This document shows positions 38,984 through 48,011 of a stretch of 64,000 nucleotides of DNA, piece after piece. This DNA comes from Thermoproteota archaeon (GTDB taxonomy: Archaea > Korarchaeota > Korarchaeia > Korarchaeales > Korarchaeaceae). The position numbers were made by a program, and so were the translations under genes. The notes beneath the pieces are model-generated. The model was not told the origin of the DNA. It worked only from the letters and a program-made list of their open reading frames with translations, and did no database searches. The DNA lies in contig JAOZGC010000002.1 in assembly GCA_027491915.1 (NCBI GenBank), positions 32,001 to 96,000 of the forward strand, in the 5' to 3' direction. Each line of letters begins with the position of its first letter. Position 1 is the stretch's first letter.

Positions 38984-39577
38984 TTGGATGAGGCCTCCTC
39001 AGGCGCGGTTAGATTCCCAAGGGAGCCTGAGATAAATATACAAAATGTTGTATCTTCCGCTGATATTAGGCAAGATTTAGATCTAGATGAGATACACAAA
39101 AGAATAAAGGAATCCAGATATGAGCCTAACAAATTTCCCGGGCTAGTTCTCAAACTTAAGGAGCCGAAGGCCGCCTTGCTCATATTCAGCAGCGGCAAAT
39201 TCGTCTGTACCGGAACGAAATCCGTCAGGGAATCCTCGGAAGCTATCCACAAAGCTATTTCAATTATGAACGAGAAAGGTATAAAGATACGAAACAAACC
39301 CCTCATAAAGGCGGAGAACATAGTCGCGTCAGCCAGGCTCTTCGTCAGGGTGGACATAGAGAAGCTGGCCAGGAATGAGCCCAACACCCTCTACGAGCCG
39401 GAGCAGTTCCCCGGGCTTATATTCAGGATGAGCGATCCCCAAGTGGTCTTCTTGGTATTCGCCTCTGGCAGCCTGGTCTGCACCGGGGCCAAGAAGGAGG
39501 CGGACGTCAAGAGGGCGGTCTACAAACTGCGGAAACTGCTGGCCGATAAGGGGTACCTGGTTTTCGAGGAGTACTGA
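38984..39577 (+). CDS. tbp: TATA-box binding protein
   Basis: Two repeats: NVVSS...YEPNKFPGL...FSSGKFVCTG and NIVAS...YEPEQFPGL...FASGSLVCTG. Confidence 0.98.
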   Translation: MDEASSGAVRFPREPEINIQNVVSSADIRQDLDLDEIHKRIKESRYEPNKFPGLVLKLKEPKAALLIFSSGKFVCTGTKSVRESSEAIHKAISIMNEKGIKIRNKPLIKAENIVASARLFVRVDIEKLARNEPNTLYEPEQFPGLIFRMSDPQVVFLVFASGSLVCTGAKKEADVKRAVYKLRKLLADKGYLVFEEY

Positions 39578-40444
39578 ATGGGGGCCCCCGTGAGGACCTC
39601 GACCGAGTGTGAGAGGTGCCTCGCTGGAAGGCTGGCCGACCGCCTGACCGAATGCGGGATAAACCCCAATTCGGTTTCTAATATCCTCCTACATGTGGGA
39701 AATATGGTGAAAAAATATGAGATTCCGACCGATATAAAATCAAAATTGTGGAAAGAGATTGCCTCCAACGACCGGCTGCTGCGTTGCTTCTTAGATGACA
39801 GACTCAGGAGATCGCGGATCGGGGCCGAGCTGGCCAAGATAGCCATGGAAGAGGCCGACAACGTTCCCAGGGGGTATATGAGGTTTAGGTGGCTCTCTTG
39901 GCTGTCGGCCGCTGCGAGCTCCCTTGGGTGGTCTCTCCAGAGGTACACCGACTGGGGTGAGGGGGGCCTAACGGGATTAGGCGGGGTCCCCCCTCTGGAC
40001 GATACCGAGGAGGCCTTCGAGATAGTGAGCACCGGGTCGTCCATAGTGCTGGTGGCCGGAGGCCTGCCTGAGTACCACATTGATTCCGTTCTCTTAGAAT
40101 ATCTGACCCTGATGGGAAGGAAAGTTTCAGTAATAGCCAAATTCTCTCCCATTTTTTACGATGTAACCGTAAAAGAAGTGAGAGAGATCTCGCCATGGGT
40201 GAAAGTGGCCCCCGCCGGAGACGGCCCAAATTCTGGGTTCAGACCGTCCACCGCGAGCGGGGAGGCGAAGGATCTCATGGAAGAGAGCGACCTAGTGATC
40301 TCCAAAGGGGTGGAAAACTTCATTTCCCTGCAGGGGGAGCCGCCCGACACCCCCACCCTCCATCTCCTCTCGGTCGGTTGCGGCCCGGTGGCCAGGGCGG
40401 TGGGCGTCCCCATAGGTTCTGTGGTTGCCTTTTTAGTGGGGTGA
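39578..40444 (+). CDS. Divergent DUF89/ARMT1-like protein
   Basis: N-terminal CERC, PIFYDVT, SDLVISKGVENF, C-terminal VGCGPVA...GV. Confidence 0.7.
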   Translation: MGAPVRTSTECERCLAGRLADRLTECGINPNSVSNILLHVGNMVKKYEIPTDIKSKLWKEIASNDRLLRCFLDDRLRRSRIGAELAKIAMEEADNVPRGYMRFRWLSWLSAAASSLGWSLQRYTDWGEGGLTGLGGVPPLDDTEEAFEIVSTGSSIVLVAGGLPEYHIDSVLLEYLTLMGRKVSVIAKFSPIFYDVTVKEVREISPWVKVAPAGDGPNSGFRPSTASGEAKDLMEESDLVISKGVENFISLQGEPPDTPTLHLLSVGCGPVARAVGVPIGSVVAFLVG

Positions 40445-40468
40445 CCCCCCCGACTCGGGGGAGGTCCT

Positions 40469-41089
40469 TTGGGGCTGGACCGACGAGAGGGAGAGTACCT
40501 GGTCAGGAGGGCCAGAGACGTCATACAGTCACGTCTGATCGGGGAGCAGCCGCCTCCTGCCGCGGAAGTGTCTCCCGGGTTGACCGAGAAGAGGGGGGCG
40601 TTCGTCACCATCAGGACCCACCCCGAGAACAGGCTGAGGGGATGCATAGGGTTTCCCGAGCCCATATACCCCCTCCACGTGGCCGTGGAGAGGGCCGCCC
40701 TGGCAGCGGCCTTCGAGGACCCACGGTTCCCTCCCCTAACTCTGAGGGAGCTCCCCGTGATTACCATCGAGGTCAGCGTCCTGTCCCCCCTCAAGAGGCT
40801 GAAGCCTGAGTCTGCGGAAGACCTCCCTAAGATGATAGTGATAGGCAGAGATGGGTTGGTTGTCAGGAAAACTCCATTCAGCGGTCTCCTCCTCCCTCAA
40901 GTTCCTGTCGAAGAAGGATGGGGACCCTTGGAATTCTTGGACTATTCCTGCCTGAAAGCCGGGATGGAACCCGGGTGTTGGAGGGATCCCGGGGTTGAAG
41001 TTTACTCTTTCACGGCTCAAATATTCGCGGAAGAGAGTCCATTAGGGAATATTGTTGAAATTAGATTATCAGAGTCAGGTGGGGGATAG
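40469..41089 (+). CDS. AMMECR1-domain protein (AmmeMemoRadiSam protein A)
   Basis: GAFVT, LRGCIG, AAFEDPRF, EVSVLS, GLLLPQV, C.KAG. Confidence 0.95.
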   Translation: MGLDRREGEYLVRRARDVIQSRLIGEQPPPAAEVSPGLTEKRGAFVTIRTHPENRLRGCIGFPEPIYPLHVAVERAALAAAFEDPRFPPLTLRELPVITIEVSVLSPLKRLKPESAEDLPKMIVIGRDGLVVRKTPFSGLLLPQVPVEEGWGPLEFLDYSCLKAGMEPGCWRDPGVEVYSFTAQIFAEESPLGNIVEIRLSESGGG

Positions 41090-42271
41090 GTGCTCGTTTA
41101 CCTGTCCTTCTCCGGCATAGGGTTGGGGCACGCCTCGAGAAGCGTGGCCCTGGCTAGGAAAATCAGGAGCATGGGCTTGGAGGTGATCCTGTCATCTTAC
41201 GGGGATGGACTGGCATACGCCAAGAGGGAGGCGCGAGACATCCCAATCCTGTACGGGGGCAGGCCGTCCGTCTGGGAGCAGGGGGCCGGGGGGAGGCCTG
41301 ATGTTAAAAAAACCGTAAAGAAAGCTCCAAAACATATAATTATTTTTTGGAATCATTTGAGAGCAGAGGTAAATAACGTGGAAATGACGTCCCCCGACTT
41401 GGTGGTCTCGGACTCCCGCGTGTCCACCCTGATAGCCGGCGCGATCTTCGGCCTCCCCCAGGTGGCCCTGGTAAATCAACCCAGGGTTCTCATATCCCCA
41501 ATGATAGAGAGGTCTGGCAGGAAGGTGCTGAAGAAGTTGGCTAGGCCCGTCCAGCTCGGCGCGGACGGCCTCCTGGGGCTGATATGGTCCACCTCTAGGG
41601 CGGTCATAGTACCGGATTTCCCACCCCCATTCACAATAGGGGGGAAACTGGTGGAAGATCTCCCGAGGAGGCTTTCGTCCAAGCTGGTGTTTGTCGGGCC
41701 CTTGATCACCCGACCGCCGGCACCTGATTCGGTGCGTGGGGAAGTCGACTCAAAACCTCGCGTTTTGGCCCTCATCTCCGGTCCGGAGAGGGAGAGAAAG
41801 GATCTTCTGAGGGTCATTGAGAGTTACCTGTTGTCCAGGAACTCGCTTCCATTTCGAATGGTGATCTCTTCGGGAGATCCTAAGGGTGAAGGAAGGGTGG
41901 TGAGCAGAGGGAGGGACTGGGTGATCTACGATTGGCTTCCAGATAAGTGGACTGAGCTGACCTCAGCCGACGTCGTCCTCTGCAGGGCTGGCCACACCAC
42001 AATAGCCGAGAGCCTCATGGCGGGTAAACCCTTGATTCTGATTCCCGTTCCCGGACACACGGAGAAGGAGGCCAACGCGGCCTCCGTCGAGTCGATGGGT
42101 CTGGGTAAGATCTTGCCCCAGGAAGAGTTCGCTTACGGGCTGGAGAGGGTTGTCGAAGAGATCGTCTCAGACGATTCGATGCGGAGTCGTCTGGATAACT
42201 TCGTCGATAGGTTCTCCCGCTGGGATCCCCTGGACAGGGCGGCCTCCATAATCGCGGCCTCCTCAGACTAG
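41090..42271 (+). CDS. GT-B glycosyltransferase (GT28/MurG-like)
   Basis: GIGLGHASR, PDLVVSD, RAGHTTIAE, PVPGHTEKEANA. Confidence 0.88.
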   Translation: MLVYLSFSGIGLGHASRSVALARKIRSMGLEVILSSYGDGLAYAKREARDIPILYGGRPSVWEQGAGGRPDVKKTVKKAPKHIIIFWNHLRAEVNNVEMTSPDLVVSDSRVSTLIAGAIFGLPQVALVNQPRVLISPMIERSGRKVLKKLARPVQLGADGLLGLIWSTSRAVIVPDFPPPFTIGGKLVEDLPRRLSSKLVFVGPLITRPPAPDSVRGEVDSKPRVLALISGPERERKDLLRVIESYLLSRNSLPFRMVISSGDPKGEGRVVSRGRDWVIYDWLPDKWTELTSADVVLCRAGHTTIAESLMAGKPLILIPVPGHTEKEANAASVESMGLGKILPQEEFAYGLERVVEEIVSDDSMRSRLDNFVDRFSRWDPLDRAASIIAASSD

Positions 42272-42765
42272 GTGGTTCTCTCCCCGCTAACCCTCCTGAT
42301 CGCCCAGATCAGCTTTCCAGAGAGGTCCCTAATGATCTCATCCGACGGGCTCGTTATGCGCAGGTGGACCAACCTGCCCGCATCATCAGTCCCCACCTCA
42401 TAATCCAACTTGCCCTCCGATCGGAGCGGGTCGAGGACCTTCTTAACATACCATCCCTCCAACAGGGATCCCCGGAAAGGTATCTCCGCGTCGTCCCTGG
42501 CGTTGAAGGAGAGACCGCCCCCGCCGAAGGACAGGGTCCCAATCTCCTCTCCCGCAACCATTATCCTGCGGACTTCTCCCCCTGACTCGGAAGCTGGGGG
42601 AGGCCCCCCCACCTGGGTTCCGGGGGCTATCGACACCCTTATCAGCACCTCGTCTATGGTCTCCAACATCCGCCTCAGGCGGTTCAATCTTCTCTCGGTC
42701 TTCTCTATCTGCCTCTTGAGGGAATCTCTGAGCCACAAGAGATCCCTTATCCTCTCCTCTTCCAT
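42268..42765 (-). CDS. Hypothetical protein with N-terminal coiled coil
   Basis: MEEERIRDLLWLRDSLKRQIEK...; start overlaps the lysS stop (TGATG). Confidence 0.7.
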   Translation of the reverse strand: MEEERIRDLLWLRDSLKRQIEKTERRLNRLRRMLETIDEVLIRVSIAPGTQVGGPPPASESGGEVRRIMVAGEEIGTLSFGGGGLSFNARDDAEIPFRGSLLEGWYVKKVLDPLRSEGKLDYEVGTDDAGRLVHLRITSPSDEIIRDLSGKLIWAIRRVSGERTT

Positions 42766-44378
42766 CAAGGGGATCCACCCACCTCCCTGGAGAGGGAAGC
42801 TCTTATCCATTCCTTTGTCCTGCCTATCCCCAACCTGACCACTAGGGGACCAAGCCTCGGTCCCCTGGGGGCGCCTACCAGAAGCTGGTACACCGCAGAG
42901 AAGAATCTCTTGTCGCCCACGGTGGCCGAGGCCACCTCGTGTGCAAGGTTTTGAACCTCTTCCTCGCTCATCCCATCTCTCAGCCTGGCCGCGAACTCCC
43001 GCACCGCCTCTAGGGTCTCCCCGTCGAGGCGACTCTCCTCGGGTTGAACCCAACCCACCTCTCCCACGAAGTTGGCCGCGTGGTCGAACCACCTAACGAA
43101 GGTGGGGTCGTTCAGCAGATCCTCCCTGCTAACCCCGTAGTATCCGGCCAGCATCTCGGCCGCGATGAACCTCAACTCTCTCCTGTCCAGCGTTCTGTGG
43201 GGGAGTATGCTGATCACGTTTAGGAGGGAGGAGAAGCTGAAGGGAGGGGGCCGCGGGACCTTCCCCAGCATGAACGAGTACTCGACCAACCTCCTCACGG
43301 TCAGCCTGTCCCTCTCGGACATACCTTTGGGGTTCCAATAGGCTCTGAGGTTCCTCTCAAAGTCAGCCACGTACGTCGGGATCTTCTCCACGGCTAGTTT
43401 CCTGGCCCCCCTGTACCTCTTGAACATGAGCATCCTCAGGCTCTCCTTCGGGGCGTACCTCAGCCAACGCTGGGGGGTGAGGACGTTCCCCCTGGACTTG
43501 GATATCTTGGTTCCGCTCGCGTCCAGGAACATCTCATACCTTATGGTGTGAGGGGGTTCGAATCCGAGCACTTCCCTGGATATCCGCGAGTTCACCCTGA
43601 AGCTGTCCGTTATGTCCTTGCCGTGCGGCTCGAAGGAGATCTTCAGGGCATCCCACCTGGCGGCGAATTCTCCCCACATCCACGGGAGCTTTCCATCCCC
43701 CCTCGAGTAAGACGCCTCTCCGACGTGACCGCAGCCTTTGATCCCCTTAAACTCCTGATCGCATACGTAGATTACCTTTCTCTCTTCCGGGATTACTCGG
43801 ATGACCCTCGTTGTATACATGCGCCCGCAATTCTCGCACACGGGCCAGTAGGGTATCCATCCCCTGGGCTTGCTGGACCCGACCTCCTCCCTGACTATAG
43901 CCTCCACCTTCTCCCTGCGGGTGAGTATCCTGTGGATCTGATCGTCGAGGACTCCTGATTTGTAGACCTCCCTCGCGGTCATCAGCTTAAAGTCGAGATC
44001 TAGTTTCTCCAACGCGTCTACCAGCAGACCGCTCATGTGCTCCCCATAGCTCCCGTGACACCCCCACGGGTCGGGGATGTCAGTGACGGGCATTCCCAGA
44101 TACTTCCTATACTCCTCCGGCACCCCGATTGGAACCTTTCTCAGGCCGTCCCTGTCGTCGGAGAAAGCTATCATCTCGCTGGGATGACCCAGAGATTCTA
44201 TCCCCAGCTTAACGCCGTAGGCCCTGAGAGAATCGCCGACGGAGCCTATGTGAGGGAAGCCGCTCGCCCCTATCCCAGATTCCACCCTTATCGGCCTCAG
44301 ATTCCTCCCAAGTCTATTCTCTCTCTCGACGACCTCCTCTGCCAGCTTGTCCAGCCAGAACGCCGCGGGCAAACCCAC
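42765..44378 (-). CDS. lysS: Class I lysyl-tRNA synthetase
   Basis: SGIGASGFPHIG, DDRDGLRKVP, CENCG, KISKSRGN, GPRLG. Confidence 0.96.
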   Translation of the reverse strand: MGLPAAFWLDKLAEEVVERENRLGRNLRPIRVESGIGASGFPHIGSVGDSLRAYGVKLGIESLGHPSEMIAFSDDRDGLRKVPIGVPEEYRKYLGMPVTDIPDPWGCHGSYGEHMSGLLVDALEKLDLDFKLMTAREVYKSGVLDDQIHRILTRREKVEAIVREEVGSSKPRGWIPYWPVCENCGRMYTTRVIRVIPEERKVIYVCDQEFKGIKGCGHVGEASYSRGDGKLPWMWGEFAARWDALKISFEPHGKDITDSFRVNSRISREVLGFEPPHTIRYEMFLDASGTKISKSRGNVLTPQRWLRYAPKESLRMLMFKRYRGARKLAVEKIPTYVADFERNLRAYWNPKGMSERDRLTVRRLVEYSFMLGKVPRPPPFSFSSLLNVISILPHRTLDRRELRFIAAEMLAGYYGVSREDLLNDPTFVRWFDHAANFVGEVGWVQPEESRLDGETLEAVREFAARLRDGMSEEEVQNLAHEVASATVGDKRFFSAVYQLLVGAPRGPRLGPLVVRLGIGRTKEWIRASLSREVGGSP

Positions 44379-44414
44379 CCCGGCAGCCTCCCGCCGGGGC
44401 TAAAAAAGGTTGGA

Positions 44415-44474
44415 AGCGGAAGAAAGAGTTGCGGGAGAGAGGATCGAGAGCCCCCTCCCCCACCTCCCTCCGCT
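44415..44474 (-). other. Long RNA hairpin downstream of alba, followed by a T6 tract
   Basis: About 24 bp around a 5-nt bulge; plus-strand A.C mismatches become G.U pairs on the minus strand. Confidence 0.6.
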
Positions 44475-44494
44475 CATTCCGCCTACTTTCGCGT

Positions 44495-44782
44495 TCAGAC
44501 CTGGGTGAGCTCTATCTCTATGACGCTTATGTCCCTCCTGTTGCCGTACTCGTCTATTATCTCCTCTGTTCCGGTTCTTATGTCGGATATCTTGATCTTG
44601 TCCGGGAAGTACTTGAGCCTCGTGATCTCGGCGACGTCAACGGCCCTGGAAATCGACCTGCCCCTGGCCTTGAGTATGATCTTCTTGACGCCCCTGTTTA
44701 TCTGGAGGGTGGTCGCCATCACGTAGTTGATGGCAGGCTTCTTCCCGACATAGACAATTCCCTCCTCCCCTTCTCCTGGCAT
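44495..44782 (-). CDS. albA: Chromatin/RNA-binding protein Alba
   Basis: YVGKKPAINYV, KARGRSISRAVDVAE, SVIEI. Confidence 0.97.
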   Translation of the reverse strand: MPGEGEEGIVYVGKKPAINYVMATTLQINRGVKKIILKARGRSISRAVDVAEITRLKYFPDKIKISDIRTGTEEIIDEYGNRRDISVIEIELTQV

Positions 44783-44870
44783 ACGTCTCCACCTCTCTGA
44801 AACGCTGGCTCGCCGGGAAATGTGGTGTCCCTCGAACCTCCAGCGAGGCCGCGTCCTAGAGGATGGTCGA

Positions 44871-44879
44871 TTAATAAAT
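44871..44879 (-). promoter_or_regulatory. TATA box for alba
   Basis: Minus strand TTTATTAA about 90 nt upstream of the alba ATG; GAGGTG SD precedes the ATG. Confidence 0.55.
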
Positions 44880-44881
44880 TT

Positions 44882-45133
44882 TCAGGCGAGGAGCTCGTCT
44901 AAGGAGTACTCCCTGGATCTCCCCACGGCCTCCCTCCTTATCCTCACCGGGATCCTGCCGAGACTCAGTTCCATCTCGGCCAGTTTTATTGGATCAGCCT
45001 CTCCCTCTGGTATCTCATCATCCCTCAAAAATAGAGGAGAGCCGGCGGCTATCTGCTGGGCCCTGAAGGCGATTATCCTCGCCCTCTCAAATTTGGTCAG
45101 CCTTCTCGGGCCCAGCTCGCCGCCTTCACCCAA
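44882..45133 (-). CDS. rpoK: RNA polymerase subunit K (Rpo6)
   Basis: LTKFERARIIAFRAQQIAAG...IPVRIRR. Confidence 0.95.
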   Translation of the reverse strand: MGEGGELGPRRLTKFERARIIAFRAQQIAAGSPLFLRDDEIPEGEADPIKLAEMELSLGRIPVRIRREAVGRSREYSLDELLA

Positions 45134-45136
45134 TCC

Positions 45137-46762
45137 TCACTCCTCCTCCTTGGATTCCTCCTCGAACTTCTTTCCGGCAGCCGCTATTATGTCGTCTATC
45201 TTCAGTATCGTCTCTGCGAACTCGGCGGCGGATTCGATGGCGTTCTTCACAACCCTGGCTGGCTCTATGACCTTTTTGGCCCTCATGTCAACTATGTCGC
45301 CCGTGAAGACGTCGAAGCCGTGAGTGGTCTTTCCGTCCGCGTGGGCCGCCACCAGCTCGGCCATCTTGATCACAGGATCGTGTCCGGCGTTCTCCACGAG
45401 GGCCCTGGGTATCACCTCTATGGCCTCGGCGAACTTCTGAACAACAGTCTGCTCCTTTCCGCTCAGGTCCTTGGCGTACTCCCTCAATCCAAGGGCAACA
45501 TCCATCTCTATGGCCCCTCCGCCCACCACGATCTCCCCATCCTCTATCACATCCCTGACGACGCTTATCGCGTCGTGTACCGTCCTCTCGGTCTCATCTA
45601 TAACCTGCTTCGATCCGCCCCTTATCAGTATGGAGACGGCCTTGGGATCCTTGCACCCCTCGACGAAGACCATCTTGTCCTCTCCGACCCTCCTCTCCTC
45701 AACCAGGCTTGCCTCTCCGAGGTCGGCCGGGGAGATGTCCTTCACGTTGACCACTATCTTGGCGCCCGTGGCCTTGGCGAGCTTCTCTATGTCGGACTTC
45801 CTCACCCTCCTGACGGCCAGTATGCCCCTCTTGGCCAGGAAGTGCTGGGCAACGTCGTCTATCCCCTTCTGGCAGAAGACGACGTTCGCGCCGGTGGAGG
45901 CTATCTTGTCCACCAGGTCGGCGAGTATCTTCTTCTCCTGAGAGAGGAACTCCTTTATCTGGTCAGGGGACACCACCCTTATCTTGGAAGAGATCTCCGG
46001 CTTCTTCACCTCGAGCGCGCTCTCTATCAGGGCTATCTTGGCGTTCTCCACCCTCCTTGGCATTCCCGGGTGGACCACCTCCTTGTCTATCACTATGCCC
46101 CTGATCAGCGCGGTGTCGGTGAGGGCCCCTCCCTCCTTCTTCTCCCGCTTTATGTTGTCGAGGTCGACGACCCTCTTCCCGTCTCTCTCCTCCACTACCG
46201 TCAGGGCCGCCTCGACCGCTATGTTGGCTATGTGATCCCTGGCGCTTGCCACCGCCTTGGAAGCCATGGCGAGCTTGGCTATCTCCTTCAGCACCTCTTT
46301 ATCGTTCCACCTGACCTTCTCTGCATGCTTGCTGACGAGCTCTATCGCCTTGGCGGCCGCCTTGCGGTACCCCTCTATTATCACGGTAGGATGAATTCCT
46401 ACGTCCATCAGCTCCTCGGCCTTGGACAGGAGCTCTCCAGCCAGCACCACGACGGTGGTGGTCCCGTCTCCCGCCTCCTGCTCCTGGCTCTTCGCCAGGT
46501 CCACCATCATCTTGGCGGTGGGATGCTCAACCTCTATTTCCTTCATCACGGTGGCCCCGTCGCTCGTTATTATGACGTCGCCGAACGGGTCGACGAGCAT
46601 CTTCTGCATGCCCTTGGGTCCCAAGGTGGTCTTCACGGTCTCCGCTATGGCCTTGGCCACCATTATGTTGAGTCTTACGGCCTCTCTTCCCCTCGTCCGG
46701 GAGGTTCCCTCCTTCAACACGAGCACCGGGATGGTTCCTCCTCCACCTGCCGCAGCAGACAT
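45137..46762 (-). CDS. ths: Thermosome (group II chaperonin) subunit
   Basis: TLGPKGM, TSDGAT, GDGTTT, helical protrusion, GGGA. Confidence 0.97.
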   Translation of the reverse strand: MSAAAGGGGTIPVLVLKEGTSRTRGREAVRLNIMVAKAIAETVKTTLGPKGMQKMLVDPFGDVIITSDGATVMKEIEVEHPTAKMMVDLAKSQEQEAGDGTTTVVVLAGELLSKAEELMDVGIHPTVIIEGYRKAAAKAIELVSKHAEKVRWNDKEVLKEIAKLAMASKAVASARDHIANIAVEAALTVVEERDGKRVVDLDNIKREKKEGGALTDTALIRGIVIDKEVVHPGMPRRVENAKIALIESALEVKKPEISSKIRVVSPDQIKEFLSQEKKILADLVDKIASTGANVVFCQKGIDDVAQHFLAKRGILAVRRVRKSDIEKLAKATGAKIVVNVKDISPADLGEASLVEERRVGEDKMVFVEGCKDPKAVSILIRGGSKQVIDETERTVHDAISVVRDVIEDGEIVVGGGAIEMDVALGLREYAKDLSGKEQTVVQKFAEAIEVIPRALVENAGHDPVIKMAELVAAHADGKTTHGFDVFTGDIVDMRAKKVIEPARVVKNAIESAAEFAETILKIDDIIAAAGKKFEEESKEEE

Positions 46763-46853
46763 CCTTTCTCACCCCCTCGCGCCAAGCAGTGCGATGGGTC
46801 CCAACTCAGGGGGTCAGTCATCCGATTTAAAATGCTTTCCGCGCCGACCCACC

Positions 46854-47489
46854 TCACCCCCGGGCGGCCCGGACCACCCGGAGCGCGGCCGAATACGGAT
46901 CTCCCGCCCTGGTGATCGCCCTTCCAACCATCACGAAGTCGGCCACCCCCCTCAGAGCTCTGATGGCCTCCGAATCTATCCCACCGGCAGCCCCCACCAG
47001 GAGGCCCTCCCTCCTGAGCCTGGGCAGCGTCTCCCACCCGGAGAAGGTGCCCTGATCTATGCCAGCATGGAGGCACACCATCTCCACCCCTAGGTTGGCC
47101 GCCTCCTCAACCCTGCCCTCGAGGTCCCTCCCCTCCAACCCGATGGTGTCCACCAGGACCGCCTTCCCCCGGGACTCCGCCTCCTCAACTGCCGACGATA
47201 TTGTCTCCCTGGGGGCGGTCGCCAGGACGCTCACCACGTCGGCCCCGGAGCCGAAGGCCAGGGAAGCCTCCAGGCTCCCCGTGTCGACCGTTTTGGTGTC
47301 GGCGAATATCTTGGCGTCCGGGAAGGCCGCCCTGACGGCTCGGACCGCGAGCATCCCGTGACTCTTTATCAGCGGAGTCCCAACCTCTATAGATCTGATC
47401 CCAGCCCTATATGCCTCGAACGCCGTTCTCAGGGCGCGGCCCAGGTCAGTAAAATCCAGGGAGAGGAAAATCTCAAGCTCCCTCGACAA
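46854..47489 (-). CDS. 3-hexulose-6-phosphate synthase / HUMPS-family protein
   Basis: IEVGTPLIK..G, ADTKTVDTG..EA, HAGIDQ, AGGI, VGRAIT. Confidence 0.85.
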   Translation of the reverse strand: MSRELEIFLSLDFTDLGRALRTAFEAYRAGIRSIEVGTPLIKSHGMLAVRAVRAAFPDAKIFADTKTVDTGSLEASLAFGSGADVVSVLATAPRETISSAVEEAESRGKAVLVDTIGLEGRDLEGRVEEAANLGVEMVCLHAGIDQGTFSGWETLPRLRREGLLVGAAGGIDSEAIRALRGVADFVMVGRAITRAGDPYSAALRVVRAARG

Positions 47490-47760
47490 TGGACTCCACC
47501 CTCCTCAAGACCCACCAGGTCATTCCGAGCATGAAAAGGGAGGCCGCTACCATGGCCACCACAATCTCCGGTCCGGCGCTCCGCCCGTACGCAAAGAAGA
47601 AAGGACCTATTATCACAAACCCCTCCTCAGGAGCCCCTCCCATCGATCCGACGGAGAGCAGCATTATCCCTACGAATACCAGCCCGAAGCCGAGCGTCAG
47701 CAGCATCAGTCTCAACACACCCCTCTCCACCGATTCCGGCTCGACGGCCAATCGACTCAC
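47473..47760 (-). CDS. DUF131 (TIGR00304)-like membrane protein
   Basis: TM - GFVIIGPFFFAYG - TM. Confidence 0.7.
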   Translation of the reverse strand: MSRLAVEPESVERGVLRLMLLTLGFGLVFVGIMLLSVGSMGGAPEEGFVIIGPFFFAYGRSAGPEIVVAMVAASLFMLGMTWWVLRRVESIVEGA

Positions 47761-48008
47761 CCCGCCAAGGAGAGGTACATCATGATCACCGCCACGGCCG
47801 CCAGGATCGACACGGCCGCCAGGGTGAGAAGCATCCCCCGGGTCACGTTCCTGCCGAACACTATCGGAATCGGGCCTACCAACACTATACCGGCTATGGT
47901 GGTCTCCGATCCACCTCGACCGGCGATCCTGTCGATCAAGAGGGCCAAGAGCATCATCGCGGCCCCTATAACCGCGAGGATCACCCCAATCGCCTGAACG
48001 AAGTTCAC
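47757..48008 (-). CDS. DUF131 (TIGR00304)-like membrane protein
   Basis: TM - AGIVLVGPIPIVFG - TM. Confidence 0.8.
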   Translation of the reverse strand: MNFVQAIGVILAVIGAAMMLLALLIDRIAGRGGSETTIAGIVLVGPIPIVFGRNVTRGMLLTLAAVSILAAVAVIMMYLSLAG

Positions 48009-48011
48009 GGA

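Noticed and set aside
46763-46835. Possible RNA thermometer in the thermosome leader (CCCCCT pairing with the AGGGGG SD region)
   Set aside because: The CCCCCT arm lies only about 13-18 nt from the TATA-like TTTTAAA, probably upstream of the transcription start, so it is unlikely to be transcribed
45320-46915. 531-aa plus-strand ORF antisense to the thermosome (similar ones at 5838-7160, 8418-9365, 37392-38384, 56725-57858)
   Set aside because: Shadow ORFs produced by GC-rich codon bias of real genes on the opposite strand; no motifs and atypical H/L/P-rich composition
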